Positions 34,367 to 46,727 of a stretch of 64,000 nt of DNA are shown here, piece after piece (position 1 is the first letter of the stretch; every line of letters starts with the position of its first letter). Position numbers and translations under genes: made by a program. The DNA lies in assembly GCA_977018835.1 (NCBI GenBank), contig OZ361258.1, positions 682,001-746,000 of the forward strand, in the 5' to 3' direction. The notes under the pieces were generated by a model, which was not told where the DNA came from, made no database searches, and saw only the letters and a program-made list of their open reading frames with translations. The stretch comes from Minutocellus sp. GHC0000111. Its lineage: Eukaryota.

Positions 34367-34740
34367 CGATCTCTTGGGACGTCAATGCGCTGCAGCCGGT
34401 AACACATACATTGCAACATGGAAGAATGAATAGCAGTATTTCGGATGCATCATAAGATGACTCCGATACTCGCATCATAGATCTAGTTAAAAAGGGAGGA
34501 GAACTCTTGAAATTACAGTTTTATATCGCAAGTAGCTTCCTGCCTACTAGTAATTGTATTTAGTGTTACAAACCAATCAATAAGTATGCGTTGGCATCGT
34601 GCAAACACATGAGCGTAGCGTAGTATTAGGACGGAGTTGAAGTTCGGTGCCCATAATTTGCCCCTCAAGGAGAGTACGCACTGCTGGCACCAAACAAATG
34701 AAACACTCCGATCCACGACGGCGCTTTGCCCCCCCACACC

Positions 34741-34917
34741 CTAATGATGTCCGTCGTTCTTCACCCGAGGGGTGTAGGTTGCAAACTTGTACATATATTC
34801 CACACCGAGGTAAAGGGTGAACACCACGACGGCCGGTCGGAAGCCGGGGAGGGGATCCTTCCACAGGTTGTTGAAGAGCGGGTGTCTTCGCCACGCGTCT
34901 TGTCCTCGGAATACCAT
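34741..34917 (-). CDS. NDUFB3: Mitochondrial complex I accessory subunit B12 (NDUFB3-like), 58 aa, absent from the ORF track
   Basis: MVFRGQDAWRRHPLFNNLWKDPLPGFRPAVVVFTLYLGVEYMYKFATYTPRVKNDGHH*; WRxHP...PG + one TM helix + E + terminal HH is the B12 signature. Confidence 0.85.
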   Translation of the reverse strand: MVFRGQDAWRRHPLFNNLWKDPLPGFRPAVVVFTLYLGVEYMYKFATYTPRVKNDGHH

Positions 34918-35378
34918 TTTGCTGTATGTATTCTATTTTTCGATTTAGCAATGCCAATTCAGTCCGAAAGGAGGCAAGCAATCACACAGAACGACCTGAA
35001 GAGAAGCAGGAAGCCGAAGGGAGAGAGCGGGGTTGCATGGGCATGGTGAGAAACGAGAGAAATTATTTATCGTCCCCGGGACCTCGTACAAAAACGACCA
35101 GCCAATCGATCGTCGCCGATGTGGTATGCGGCTGGCGCTGATCGGACGGGTACGGCGGCCGAACCACCACCTCCATCCACCCACAAGGATACATGGGATG
35201 CACCGAACGCGTTGGAGATTCATCGGACTACCGCGGTCCCCTCTACCGCCGCTACAACCACGCACCTTTTGTGTTGGAAAATGGCACGAGATGTGAAAAT
35301 AAATGGATCGTCCGTCCGCCGTGCGATTTTGCATGGCATAGCGCAAATTGCAAAATGGCTTTACCAAGATGATATGAC

Positions 35379-37091
35379 ATGAACGACGACACCGAAGCGT
35401 TGCACCGACGCCGTAAGCGTCGCCTCTCGATTCCCTCGGCCCTTTCGGTTCGTTCGATCGTCACAGGCCGACCTTCTCACCCTCCATTCTCTCGATTTAC
35501 CCGACAGCTCTTCAGCGCCCAACCGTACACAGCAGCCAACGACGTCGTATCGACGCTCCTTGCCAACCAGCATTCCTCCCTGGCCGATGTGGTGTCGTCC
35601 TCCCGCCTCATCGATTCCATCCAGCTCCTCGACAGCAAGACGGCATGTTCCATCGTTTCGCCCCACATCGGTGCCATCAATTCGTTGGATTTTGACAATC
35701 ACGCCGAGGGCCGATTCCTCCTGGCTGGTTCGGCGGATGGCACCGTCAGCGTCTACGACGTGGGGTTGGACGGGAGCGAATATTTTTTGGATGGTGGAAT
35801 CGAGAATGCTCGCAACAGTAAGGCAGGGGGTGCCTCTTCTTTGGCAGGATTAGCAACAAGTGTGGATGAATCCCACCGACTTCGGCAGATGGCGCAGCAC
35901 AAGCCTCTGGCCCGATCGCATCGGGAACCACCGTCGGCGGCGCTGCAGGGACAGTCGATCAATCCCAACTACGTTCCGTCGGGCCACGGTGGAGCCGTCT
36001 CGACGGTCCAGTGGTTCAATACCGATACCGGGGCCTTTATCTCAACGGACAAATCCGGACAAATATTGATATGGGACACCAACCAATTTGTTCCGGTGAC
36101 AACTCTGCGTCTGCCCGGTTCGATCCGGTGTGCAACCATGGCGAAAGCTGGTGTAGGTGGTGGTGGTACATCGCACACCTTGTTGGCAGTGGGCATTGCC
36201 AAATCACCGAGCGGGCAGGATCGAAGTGTACGTTTGTGCGACTTGCGAAGCGGTTCGACGAGCCACGAACTAGTTGGACATGGGCCTCGAGGTGGGATCA
36301 ATGCCCTGTGTTTTTCGCCGGTCAATGACGTGTATCTCTGCAGTGGAGGGGATGATGCCACGATCCGGCTTTGGGATATTCGCAAGAGTGGCAGCGGTGC
36401 GTGCTTGGCCGTGCTGGATAGGGAGGCAATGGCCAGCGGCGATAGCTATTCATACATTGCGGGGCCAGGGGATGGCAATGCCGCCACAAAAGGGAAGAAG
36501 CGTCGCAAGAAGTTGGCTCCGAGCGACTACTCAATGGCAGAGCAACGTCACGTTCAAAGTGCCGGAGGTCCTGTCAGTTCCCTCTCCTTCACAATCGACG
36601 GCGCAACATTGGTGAGCACGGCCCTAGACCGACGTGTTACGGTGTGGAACGTCGAGCCATCGACTGGGAGATACTGCGCTTTGCCCACAAATTACATTGG
36701 TCCCGGCCAATCGAACCTTCACCCCATTGATGCCGATCGCCGAGTTGCAGCCACCATTGTTCAGCCGGGATCTCGTGGGACGGCATCGCTCTGGTTGTCA
36801 TCGGGTTGTAATTTACTAGCGTATGGCGTTCATGGTCCAGGTGGGAGGCCGGACGTAAGCCTTTCTGGACATTTGGGTGCGATCCGAGCCATTGTTGCGC
36901 AAGAGAATGAGCTGCGAATGTTCACCGGTGGCGCCGACGGTATGATTTTGGCCTGGGGCTGCCCGTCTATCGAAGGAAACGACCTGGATTTAGACTATTT
37001 CGCTCGGATACGCCAACGTAGAAGGGGTGGTGGAAGGGGAAATACTTCTCGCGTAACAAAAGGAGGGCAAAGGGAAACTGATTGCTGGTAA
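35379..37091 (+). CDS. ERCC8: WD40 protein, DNA excision repair CSA/ERCC8-like
   Basis: AINSLDFD..EGRFLLAGSADG, GH..AVSTVQWF..DTGAF, WDTN, VRLCDLRSG...HELVGH, IRLWDIRKSG. Confidence 0.85.
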   Translation: MNDDTEALHRRRKRRLSIPSALSVRSIVTGRPSHPPFSRFTRQLFSAQPYTAANDVVSTLLANQHSSLADVVSSSRLIDSIQLLDSKTACSIVSPHIGAINSLDFDNHAEGRFLLAGSADGTVSVYDVGLDGSEYFLDGGIENARNSKAGGASSLAGLATSVDESHRLRQMAQHKPLARSHREPPSAALQGQSINPNYVPSGHGGAVSTVQWFNTDTGAFISTDKSGQILIWDTNQFVPVTTLRLPGSIRCATMAKAGVGGGGTSHTLLAVGIAKSPSGQDRSVRLCDLRSGSTSHELVGHGPRGGINALCFSPVNDVYLCSGGDDATIRLWDIRKSGSGACLAVLDREAMASGDSYSYIAGPGDGNAATKGKKRRKKLAPSDYSMAEQRHVQSAGGPVSSLSFTIDGATLVSTALDRRVTVWNVEPSTGRYCALPTNYIGPGQSNLHPIDADRRVAATIVQPGSRGTASLWLSSGCNLLAYGVHGPGGRPDVSLSGHLGAIRAIVAQENELRMFTGGADGMILAWGCPSIEGNDLDLDYFARIRQRRRGGGRGNTSRVTKGGQRETDCW

Positions 37092-37154
37092 GATCTCAGA
37101 AAAGTCTCTAGATTGACTCAAGCTCTAAATTGATTCTATTGTTTATCACCATTA

Positions 37155-39243
37155 TCATACAGCTTCATCAACCGTCGACTCGTCATCATCATTGGCCTGT
37201 TGCTGTAACGAATTCGACGCCGAATGGAAGTTTGAATACACCAACAAGATGGTCTGTAGCATACCGTCTGTGGTTGATCCCATCACCACAGCCGAAACGA
37301 CTCCCACAATGCTGAAACGCAGCCCATAGGTCATTACCACAGCTACTGGAAGAGTGACCAACAAACTGCAGCACCAAGAAATAGCCATGCTTGTTCTGTA
37401 ACGTCCTTGTTCATGATTCATCTCCTCTGAAATACCGCCAAGGGCAGTAAAAGGGACGCCGACGCAAGCAAACGCAATGCCATCTACCAGCATGCTCTGT
37501 AGCGTGTAGTCTGAAGTCAGGAGGTTCGCTATGGGATCCTTGGACGCATAAACGATGACCGCAACGGAGCATCCATAGAAGAGGGCAAAAGCACGCGACT
37601 TGCGGCTCGTTCGCCGTGCAGCAACAATTTCTCCCTTTGCCAGCAAAGAATTCACTTGGGTGGCCGCGGCACTCGCAAAGGAATCGAACCCAGTCTCCAT
37701 GAACCCCCACACGTAGGACAAAAGAATCCATGTGGCCGCCTCAGCAGCTCCCAAGTCACTGACCATGAAAGATATCACTCGAAATTCTAGATCAGAAGCA
37801 ATGCCTATAAAGGTGAGGGGCAACGCCGCATGCAAAATTGACGCAGCGAGCTTAATCGAGCCTCGTGATTGCAAAAAGGTGAGAGGACGAGTGCCCTCAA
37901 AGAATGGCTTTAAGATTTCGCGTCTGTTCACCTCGTAAATATACAATGCCGCAGACACGGTGCTGCTTACAAGCCAGAGAATGCCAAGGCCGATCAGACT
38001 TAGCTGAAGGTATGCGGCAGCCACAAACGTTAGGGAAAGCGAAATAATGCTATCCCAAAAGTCAAAGACGGCGTTGAAGTTTGCACCATCACTTAGGTCG
38101 ACGAGGGCAGAAAATATCGATGAAAGAGAACCAACCAAACTCTCAAGGGAGCTGAAGATAGCGTACATAGGACCGACGTGCCTGATAAATTTCCCATAGC
38201 CAAAGAATAGAAGAATATTTTCCATCCAGAATATTGACACAAGCAAAGCTGGGAGCGAAGTTACCATGGATAGGCAAATGGACACCTTGGCAATCTTCCC
38301 CGCACGATCCTCGTCCCCTGACGAAATGACAATGTTGGCAAGTTTGTAGCATGCGTCATAGATTCCGTAGGAGAGAAGCTGCATCATGGACAAAAGAAAT
38401 TCGATAGTGATGTATGCAATCATACTGTCATTACCGATGTAGAACGCGATGAGCGCAACGGTAGCAATATCTGCCAGCTGGCCAATAATCGAGCCAAAAA
38501 TCCAAGGCCCCGCAAGTCGATGAATTTCCACCATAGATTCATCCAAGAACATCATCTCCTTGGCATCGCCTATCTCTTCCATTGGGTCATAATCGGAACA
38601 TCCATAGGCAGACAATCCCTTTGAGAACACACATGATTGACCATCTTTAACGTCCTCGTCGAACGTGACGGATTTTGGAGGATCTTTCCCTTGGTCATTG
38701 CATTTCTTTCGCATGAATCTTCCCGGTAACACATAATTCTCAAAAGTCAAGATACTTTCTTCATCAAAGGCAGAGGCTTTTCGACGCCTTCCAATACCAA
38801 ATATTTTTTTGTGTCCCGCTCCACCAGGTCGATCGGCCTGTTGTTGAGCTTTACTTTGATCCTTTGTTACCAGAGGCATTTTCTTCTGATTTTTGGTATC
38901 GCTGGGAGCGTCGAAGGAGGCCGTATGCAAACGGTCTTTGTTTCCAAGGGCAACAAGGGAAGACAAATTGGCCACACGCTTGATATCTTTCTTGGTTGGA
39001 TTGGATCTACGTCCTTTGGGAGACGATTCCGATGAGGAAGAGGACGTCATGGCTCTGTCTACTCGTCGTTTTTTTCATAATCCAAACCCAAGAAAAGAAG
39101 TAAATGAGTAAGCAATAGCCCAATGTCGCGACAATCAACGGCCATCCCGGATTCGTGGTGGACTCCAGGTACCCCGAGAAGCCGTCGTCATCGTAATAAT
39201 TGTCATGATCGTTGGCGTTCGTCATGATCCGCGTTCCCTGCAT
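37155..39243 (-). CDS. MATE-family transporter with an N-terminal TM extension; apparent 1-bp frameshift in the T7 run at 39069-39075
   Basis: About 12 TM helices, RLAGPW, ALPL..., LGAAEAATW, LAKG....A; removing one base joins the upstream TM ORF as WIMKKRRVDRAMTSS. Confidence 0.8.
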
Positions 39244-39858
39244 CCCTTCCTTGAAGCTGGAAAATGGGACCCCGAGAAAGATGGACTTCCCGTTGGAAAT
39301 GACCCTTACTACTCAGAGGGAAGGGATTCCTACTAGGCTACGTAGTAATATGGGCGATATGTGAATATCTCGACAGCAAATAAATCAATTACGAGTGTCA
39401 TCCTTTATCATCAGTTCAACTGCCCTGACTATGGAAGGTAGAGGCAGTCGTTGGACTTACTCGACTGATAATGTCACAAGGCCTTTTCCTCCTCTCCGAG
39501 ACATTTTTCAAATGGTTCTGATGGTTCGATAGATTTCCAGCGTTGCTTTCCCGCGTTGCTTTGGCGCACCCAGTGGACTGAGTACTCAACAGAGAAATAC
39601 CGATACAAGTTCGGTATAGTAGCGTTCCATCTGATCAGGACGCAGCGCATCCAATGAAGACGAAAGAAACAACACCATAGCCAGAGTGCGTCGCTGCGCC
39701 AACAATTCTTTTACCGTGTTTAATTTTGCACGTTGCTACATTACATGTTCAATCAATAGTTGGTTGCTGGTACATGCAGCACTGAGAGCTGGTAGCACAA
39801 AGTAGAAAATAAGCTGAATATCGAGGGGAGTTACTGCAACTTTCCTGGACTGAGAACG

Positions 39859-41105
39859 ATGGTAAAATCAGAGCAAGGTGCCATGAACTCCCAACTTCCG
39901 ATTTCGTTATCCTCACTGGATTTGCTTCTGCATTCGAACGACGAAGAAATCCCCGGCATTGCATCCGTATCGTCGTCAGGTGCGTCTACGTCAGCATTGT
40001 CCACCACTACGTCTGAAACGAACCCGTCAGATTTCCTCGCCCTTTCTGTGATTGGACTCTACCAAAGGAAGAAGCTACCAAAAGAGGTGCTTGAATTAAG
40101 TGTCTCGAAACTTAGTAGGGATCAGGTCATGGCGCGAACACGGGTCGAAACCGGCGAAGGCATCACATTTCAACAGAAGCATGGTCATGTTGACTCCCAA
40201 TACTACCATACATACCACGAGGGAGAGAATGGAATCAAGGTGCTTGGCGAAAGAGCCGTGCTATTGCAATCGATTGATCACTACGATATGCTTCGTCGTC
40301 ATCCCAACTTGGCCAAGTACTTCGCAAATGACGTCAACGACAGCGACACCGAGATCGACCACGCCAGCATTCTTGACCACCCTTCGTTTGGCGAACAGAT
40401 CATTCTCGGCGAGGGAACAGCAAAAGATCTGTGCATTGGCGACATATTGGAGGTTGAAAATGGAGAGAGCGCCCTCAAGCTCGAAATCTCAAGCCCGAGA
40501 AATGTTGTGTGCGAGTCAACAAGAAGAACAATAGCTCATATGGTTTGAATGGTGTTCGTCGGCACTGCAACGAAACTGGTCTTGGAGGAATGTTCGCCCG
40601 TGTCCTTGTAGAAGGTGAGCTCAAGGAGGGAATGCGATTTGTTCGGACTGCAAATCCCCACCCCAAATGGACTCTCGCAAACGTTTGCAAGAGCCTGTAT
40701 GGCGAGGCGCCAAGAGCCTTCGCATTGAAGAACTGGGCCTACTGGTCGAGGAGCAAGGAGGAGCTCGAGGAGCTATACAGCATCGAACAGCTGGGTTGCT
40801 ACGAGTGGAAAGACGAAGTACAGTATATACTGGAACACTGGTCATGGTACCAGGAGTACAAGAAAACTGGAGGAAAAGGAATGAGTCTACTTGAAGATGA
40901 TGGGGAAGAAGCAGGATATGGCACGGAGAAATCGGTGCATGGTAGTGATGACTGGGGATGGAGTGGGATTGTTGATCTCCAGTTTTTGAAACCACTTCTC
41001 AACAAGACAATGCCTCCCGTCTATCGACTTCTCGACTTGGCCTTTGCTTGCTCCGATGGGTGCTGTGCGCCGATTGACGACGAGGGCAATGCATGGTGGG
41101 GTTGA
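39859..41105 (+). CDS. MOSC-domain (YiiM-like) protein; apparent 1-bp frameshift at about 40500-40502
   Basis: ERAVLL, FGEQI, LCIGDIL, LEISSPR-[K]CC, GLGGMFARVLVEGELKEG, PHPKWTL. Confidence 0.8.
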
Positions 41106-41534
41106 TATTAATCAAGCCAACAAGCACTCGCCCGCCCCCGCCCACTCGCCCTCGATTCGATTCGACACAAATGAATTAGGATTCCTATTTTTACATGTAG
41201 ATATGGGAATCTAGATTTAATTAGAGAACAAAATAGTAATAGAATTTCTAATACGACGTACAATTGATCGGCCTTCAGAGAAACACATTTCCGAAGTTTC
41301 AACAGGTGCCCTTTCCCTTTTGTTGTTTGTTGGTTCTCCTATTTTACCCCTTTTGGGTGGGACTCTGACGACGGAAAGACCAACACGCATGTTCAATCGA
41401 TCATCGCGATCGCTATCGCATCGCATCTATCTATCTCGCGATCGCTCATGTCATATCACGGGCGGCAGCCGGTATCATCCAAACGCGCGCCTCCTTCCCG
41501 ACTCTGTCGCCTACATCGAGATAGACCAGCCAAG

Positions 41535-43803
41535 ATGGCGCCGTTGAAGCGTGTCAGTGGAGTACTGCTGGTGGCGGTGGCGGCAGTAGTGGCCGGTGCA
41601 CAAACAACCGCGGCATTTGCACCGCCTCCACCTCCACGATTTCCGCCAACCGGCGGAGACGCATATGGACGGGACGACGGCAGCGGTGACAGCGCAGGAG
41701 ACGACAGCAATCCGGTCGACAATGTCAAGTCTTCGTTGCTAATGTGTGCAATGGTGGCGAGGCCGTCTCAGCGCCAAGGCTACACTTGCATCCAGACGCT
41801 GGTATCCTACGCCCCTGATGTTGACACCAAAACGTGTCATGAAGACTGCGAATCTTCCTCCACGTTGCCACTTCAAGTTCGCGGTGGATGCATTACGGAT
41901 ACGATATCACAAAAGCGAAATGATTTGGTCACCGGATTGAAAGATGCCGTTGATGACACCCTGTCGTATTGGGGAGGCGCCTTGGACTTCTTGGACACCC
42001 GCTTCATGCCAGGAGGTAGGACGAGGCAGAGGGAGAAGGCGCAGGCAAGATCAGCCAAGGCGTCTTCCGATGCAGCCTCACGCCAGAAAAGAGACCGAAA
42101 GTCAAGGTCTAATAAGAAGCAAGGGCGGCTAACAAGGGAGGAGAAGGAGGCGAAGAAGCTTGCGGATACCACCATCGTCAAGTCAGTCTCTGCGCCCAAT
42201 TCCACTGTCCTTCCACCATCGGCACTTTCCGACGCAGGTCGTCAGAGTGGATTGGTGGGGGGCAAATTCGTCCCCGATACGGTGCAAGGCTGTGCTGCCC
42301 GTGTGGATCAGTGGTACCGACGCGCTGGATATCTCGCCAACTTTGTCACCGGTGCCACGCTGGATGCCGATGCGGGCGTTGCCAAGCTTGAGGTCGAGGA
42401 GGCAAAAGTATCGTCGCAGCCTGTCGATATTGTTTGTGTCAAGGAAGTTGCCATTGACCATAGAACAGGCGAGACCATGTCGATCAGTGCCATGATTAAT
42501 TTTGGGTGGTAGTGGTGATAGTGATGGGTCTGTATCGTTCAATACGACCATCGTGGAGACGAACGGTAAGACTAAGCCAGCTGCGATTGCCTCTGCGATG
42601 AATTTACGTCCTGGCGAGCCGTTCAAGTTTGACCCATCGAGGTGGAACAATCGCATCGAATCTGCATCTGGAGGGGGCATCTTTTCTCGTGTCTGGAATT
42701 TAGCCCCCGTGCGAACTCCCGATGGGAGCGTTCAGCTAAGGATTGTTGCGACCGAAGCTCCCGCGCGAAATCTGGAATACGGAGTGACGAAGTCCCTGTA
42801 CAATAATATTTGGGAGGGAGAAGTTGGATTCTCCCATGGCAACCTATTTGGCAGCGGGGAAAGGCTCGATCTGATGGTCCGAAGAGGTACCCGGGAGCCG
42901 CATCCCAGTTTCAATGCCAAGTTCACAGGCAATTCATTGACTCCTGAGTCGGCACACGACGTCGAGGCATTCAACGAATACATTGGAGTGACAGGTCATG
43001 AGGGAGGGGCTTCTTCTCGAAGAGGATTGACAATTCGACTCCCTTGTTTGTTGTCGAGAAGGATTAGGGGCTCTGTATCCCTCGAAAAGACTGCGGCTAG
43101 AACTGCGGCAGTTGAGCACGACCATCTCATTCACTCAAGTTTCGACATTGGGCCTTATTATCAGAAGCTCCCCTCTGGAGGCCGTTCCTCTGTTCAAGCC
43201 ACAGCAAATATCGGAGGAAAACTCGATCTTAGCACGAGGATCAAGGGCATTAGTACCGTTCTAAGCAAGATGACGCCGTATTCCTCATATGCCGCCACAT
43301 CGAGGCAGATATTTCCTCTTAGCTCCTCATCGTCGTCTGCCAACAAACAGCCGATTACACTTGCTCTTCAACACAAGGCGGCGGCTTCAACAAGCGAACT
43401 ATCCCTGCACGAGGCTTTGGCAATTGGATTTGCTGCTCGTGTGCGGGGATATTCGCCCAAAATGAATGGGCCATTGTCATCTTCCGTTGTTGGCACCGCT
43501 GAAATCCGCATCCCTGTTACTTTGCCTGCGAATGGTCTCGTCAATGACGGCAGTGTCGTCGTCTTCAGTGATTGGATGGCTGCCTCTCGCTGGACGATGC
43601 GAGATATCAAGAACAAGGTCAAGAGCAAGACGGGCATGAGCAGTGCATCGGCTCCACTGCTATCCAAGCCAGTGCGAAAGGCAAGCGCTGGAATTGGCTT
43701 GAGAATTGTTTTGCAGGGTATCCCTGTGAAGGTGGATTTTACAATCACTGATGACGGAAAAGTTGGGGCAAACATGGCCTTGGGGCCTGACTTTGATGTC
43801 TAG
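41535..43803 (+). CDS. Omp85/BamA-family beta-barrel protein with POTRA-like region, predicted plastid-targeted; apparent frameshift at about 42500-42503
   Basis: Signal peptide + TAAFAP; QWYRRAGY, LEVEEA, GKTKP...LRPGEPF, GEVGFSHGNLFGSGERLDL, RVRGY, GTAEIRIP, GIGLR...PVKVDF, terminal DFDV. Confidence 0.75.
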
Positions 43804-44129
43804 AGTCTAGTAATCTGAATGGAGTATGCTGCTATCTAGGTTTTAAAGCATAGCTATAGAACTACGTAGCTAGAGTATTGAGTTCTGCTTCAAAGTGGGC
43901 AGGCTGCAACCCTTGGCGTGAGATACACCTACCTCCGACCGACCATCCATCCATCCACTCACTTTCATCGGTCTTTCCGTCGCTCAGACAATGGCCCTGC
44001 CCGCCAGCGCCAAGAATTTATCGAGTGGCTCGAAGCTCGAAGTAGGCAGGAGAGAACAATAGCAAAGCATGCAAATTGCCAAGGCGAGGCACCAACGCAC
44101 ATACGTAGCTTGCCGTTTCCCGTCGTAAT

Positions 44130-46663
44130 ATGTCCAAGTATAAGAAGAACTATGGCAAGAATCGTGGTGGTGGTCATCAGAAAAAGTCCGCCATCGAGCG
44201 AGATGAGATTGCCTCCCTCGAGGCCAGAATCATTGAGGAGGCACCGGCTCGGGGATATGCCCCACCCCTCGACCAGCGAGTGGCGTTCCGTGCCTTGCCC
44301 ATTTCCGACGCCACGTTGAAGGGACTGGAAAGTCACAAGACGAAGAAGTTTACGACCATGACTGCCATTCAGAATGCCTGCATCCCACACGCACTGGCTG
44401 GGCGAGATGTTCTCGGTGCCGCAAGGACAGGAAGGTGAGTCGATGCTCGCGTTGGTAAATCACACATATTGTCAATTAATGAGCAAACACCGGAAACAAG
44501 TTGAAATACGCTTTGACTTTGTGTTTTTAACAGATGCTTGGAGTGAATTCATTCCGGTAGAGAATTCAACACATCTTGTGTCTCACATATTTCTTTCTAC
44601 CAACTCTTGAATTCTTTTCTTCGAATTTCAGTGGCAAAACGTTGGCGTTCCTGATTCCATTGGTAGAGCGTCTGTATCGAAAGCGTTTCACGCCCATGGA
44701 TGGCCCCGGTGGCATCGTTTTGAGTCCAACACGTGAACTTGCAGTTCAGATATTTGAGGTGCTTCGCACTGTCGGGTCGTATCATGATTTCTCTGCCGGG
44801 TTGATCGTTGGTGGAAAGAAAGAGTTTGGGCTAGAGCAAAGTCGCATTGGTCAGACCAACATCATCATTGCCACTCCTGGTCGGTTGCTGCAGCATTTGG
44901 AGCAAACTCCTGATTTTGATGTCAGTGCCTTGGCTATGTTGGTGCTTGATGAGGCTGACCGAATTCTCGATATGGGATTCAGAGACCAAATGATTCGAAT
45001 TTTGGATTATCTGCCGCCCGGGACCAAGAGAGGTGGCGATCGTCAGACTCTTCTCTTTTCGGCAACTCAGACGAAGAAGGTATCTGATCTTGCTGCTCTT
45101 AGTCTCAACAAGCCCGAATATGTTGGCGTCCACGATAAGGAATCAACCGCGACGCCAGAATCTCTCCAGCAGAACATGATTGTGGTGCCGCTCAATCACA
45201 AGCTCGATGCCATCTTCTCGTTCATCAAATCCCACCTCAAGAAGAAGACGATCATTTTCTTCTCCTCTTGTTCGCAAGTTCGCTTCGTCTGGGAAGTCTT
45301 TTGCGCCATGCAGCCTGGTATTCCTCTCATGGCTCTCCATGGCAAAATCAAACAAGAGAATCGCACCAAAATTTATTTTCAGTTCCTTCAAAGGCCACAC
45401 GCTGTAATGTTTGCTACTGATGTTGCCGCTCGTGGTCTTGATTTTCCCAACGTTGATTGGGTGGTTCAGGCCGATGCCCCGGAGGACAAGGAAATGTATA
45501 TCCACCGCGTCGGCCGAACAGCCCGTTACAATGCTGGAGGACGATCGCTCCTCGTCCTCTTGCCATCGGAGCAGCAGGCTATGGGCCAAATTCTAGAGGA
45601 GGGCAAAATTCCCGTGAAGAAGCTTTCGGTCAATCCGGCCAAGACTGTGCAAGTATCACGGAAGATTTCATCGATTGTCGCAGCAAATCCAAAGTTGAAT
45701 GATTTAGGAAAGAAAGCATTTAAGGCGTATTTGCGTTCGGTCCATCTGATGCCCAACAAGGATGTCTTCAACGTGCACGAACTACCCTTGGATGACTTTG
45801 CAAGCTCTCTTGGCTTGGCATCAACGCCCGGTGTCCGTTTCTTGAAGAAGATTAAAACTCGGGATGAATTGCGAGAGAAGAAAAATGTCAACCACAAGTT
45901 GCAGAAGCTCAAGGATCAAATCAAGGCCGAGAGATTGCAGAAGAAGTTGGAGAAGATGGGAGGCAAATCAGCTGCTGCGGCAATGGAAGAGGCCAAGAGT
46001 AAATCCAGTTCCAAGAAGCGCCAGGCCGATAGCGACGACGACGACGAAGATGGTCTTCTGGTTGTCAAGAAGAAACATCGATGGGGTGAAGATGATGCGA
46101 AGAGCGACGAAAGTGATGGCGATGACGGCCTTCCGAACATTGATTTGCATGAGGTCACCAAGTCTCGTCATCCCAAGAAGATTCGTATTGATGGATCCAG
46201 CAGTGGTGCCAACAAGAAGATTGTCTTCAACGACGATGGCGATGAGGACGAAGAAGCTGATTTTCTCAAGGACAATACTGGCGAGCTATCTGGCTTTGAG
46301 AAGGAGAAATTCGATAATATTGCCAGTGCAAATGATGAGTACGTGGAGCGGATCCGCCGGCGTCTCGACCAAACGAAAGAGCAAGACAAAGCAGAAGAAA
46401 AGGAGAGGGTTCGTGAGAAGCACAAGAAGAAGCGACTCAAGGAGAAGGGCGACCGTGACGATGAGGAGGGCGAAGATGCTGGTGCTATGCTCGTCACTCT
46501 TGGCGGAGCATCAGACGATGAAGGAGAGGTGGTTGGATCCAGCGGCAGTGAATCTAGCAGCAGTGATAGCGATAGCGATAGCGACAGTGACGACGATGAC
46601 TCTGATATGGACGTCAAGGGCGCTGAGGACCTTGCCCTCGCCATGATTCGCAACAACGCGTAA
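44130..46663 (+). CDS. DBP4: DEAD-box RNA helicase DBP4/DDX10; intron 44435-44631
   Basis: Q motif (MTAIQ), GAARTGSGKTLAF after splicing, PTRELA, TPGRLLQH, DEAD, SAT, HRVGRTARY. Confidence 0.95.
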
Positions 46664-46727
46664 ATATCTACAATAACAATCATCTCTAGAGAGATAGCGC
46701 TTCCAAATAATACTTTAGTAAATTTAG

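Noticed and set aside
34577..34981. 134-aa minus-strand ORF
   Set aside because: Wrong frame; the overlapping 58-aa frame carries the NDUFB3 signature
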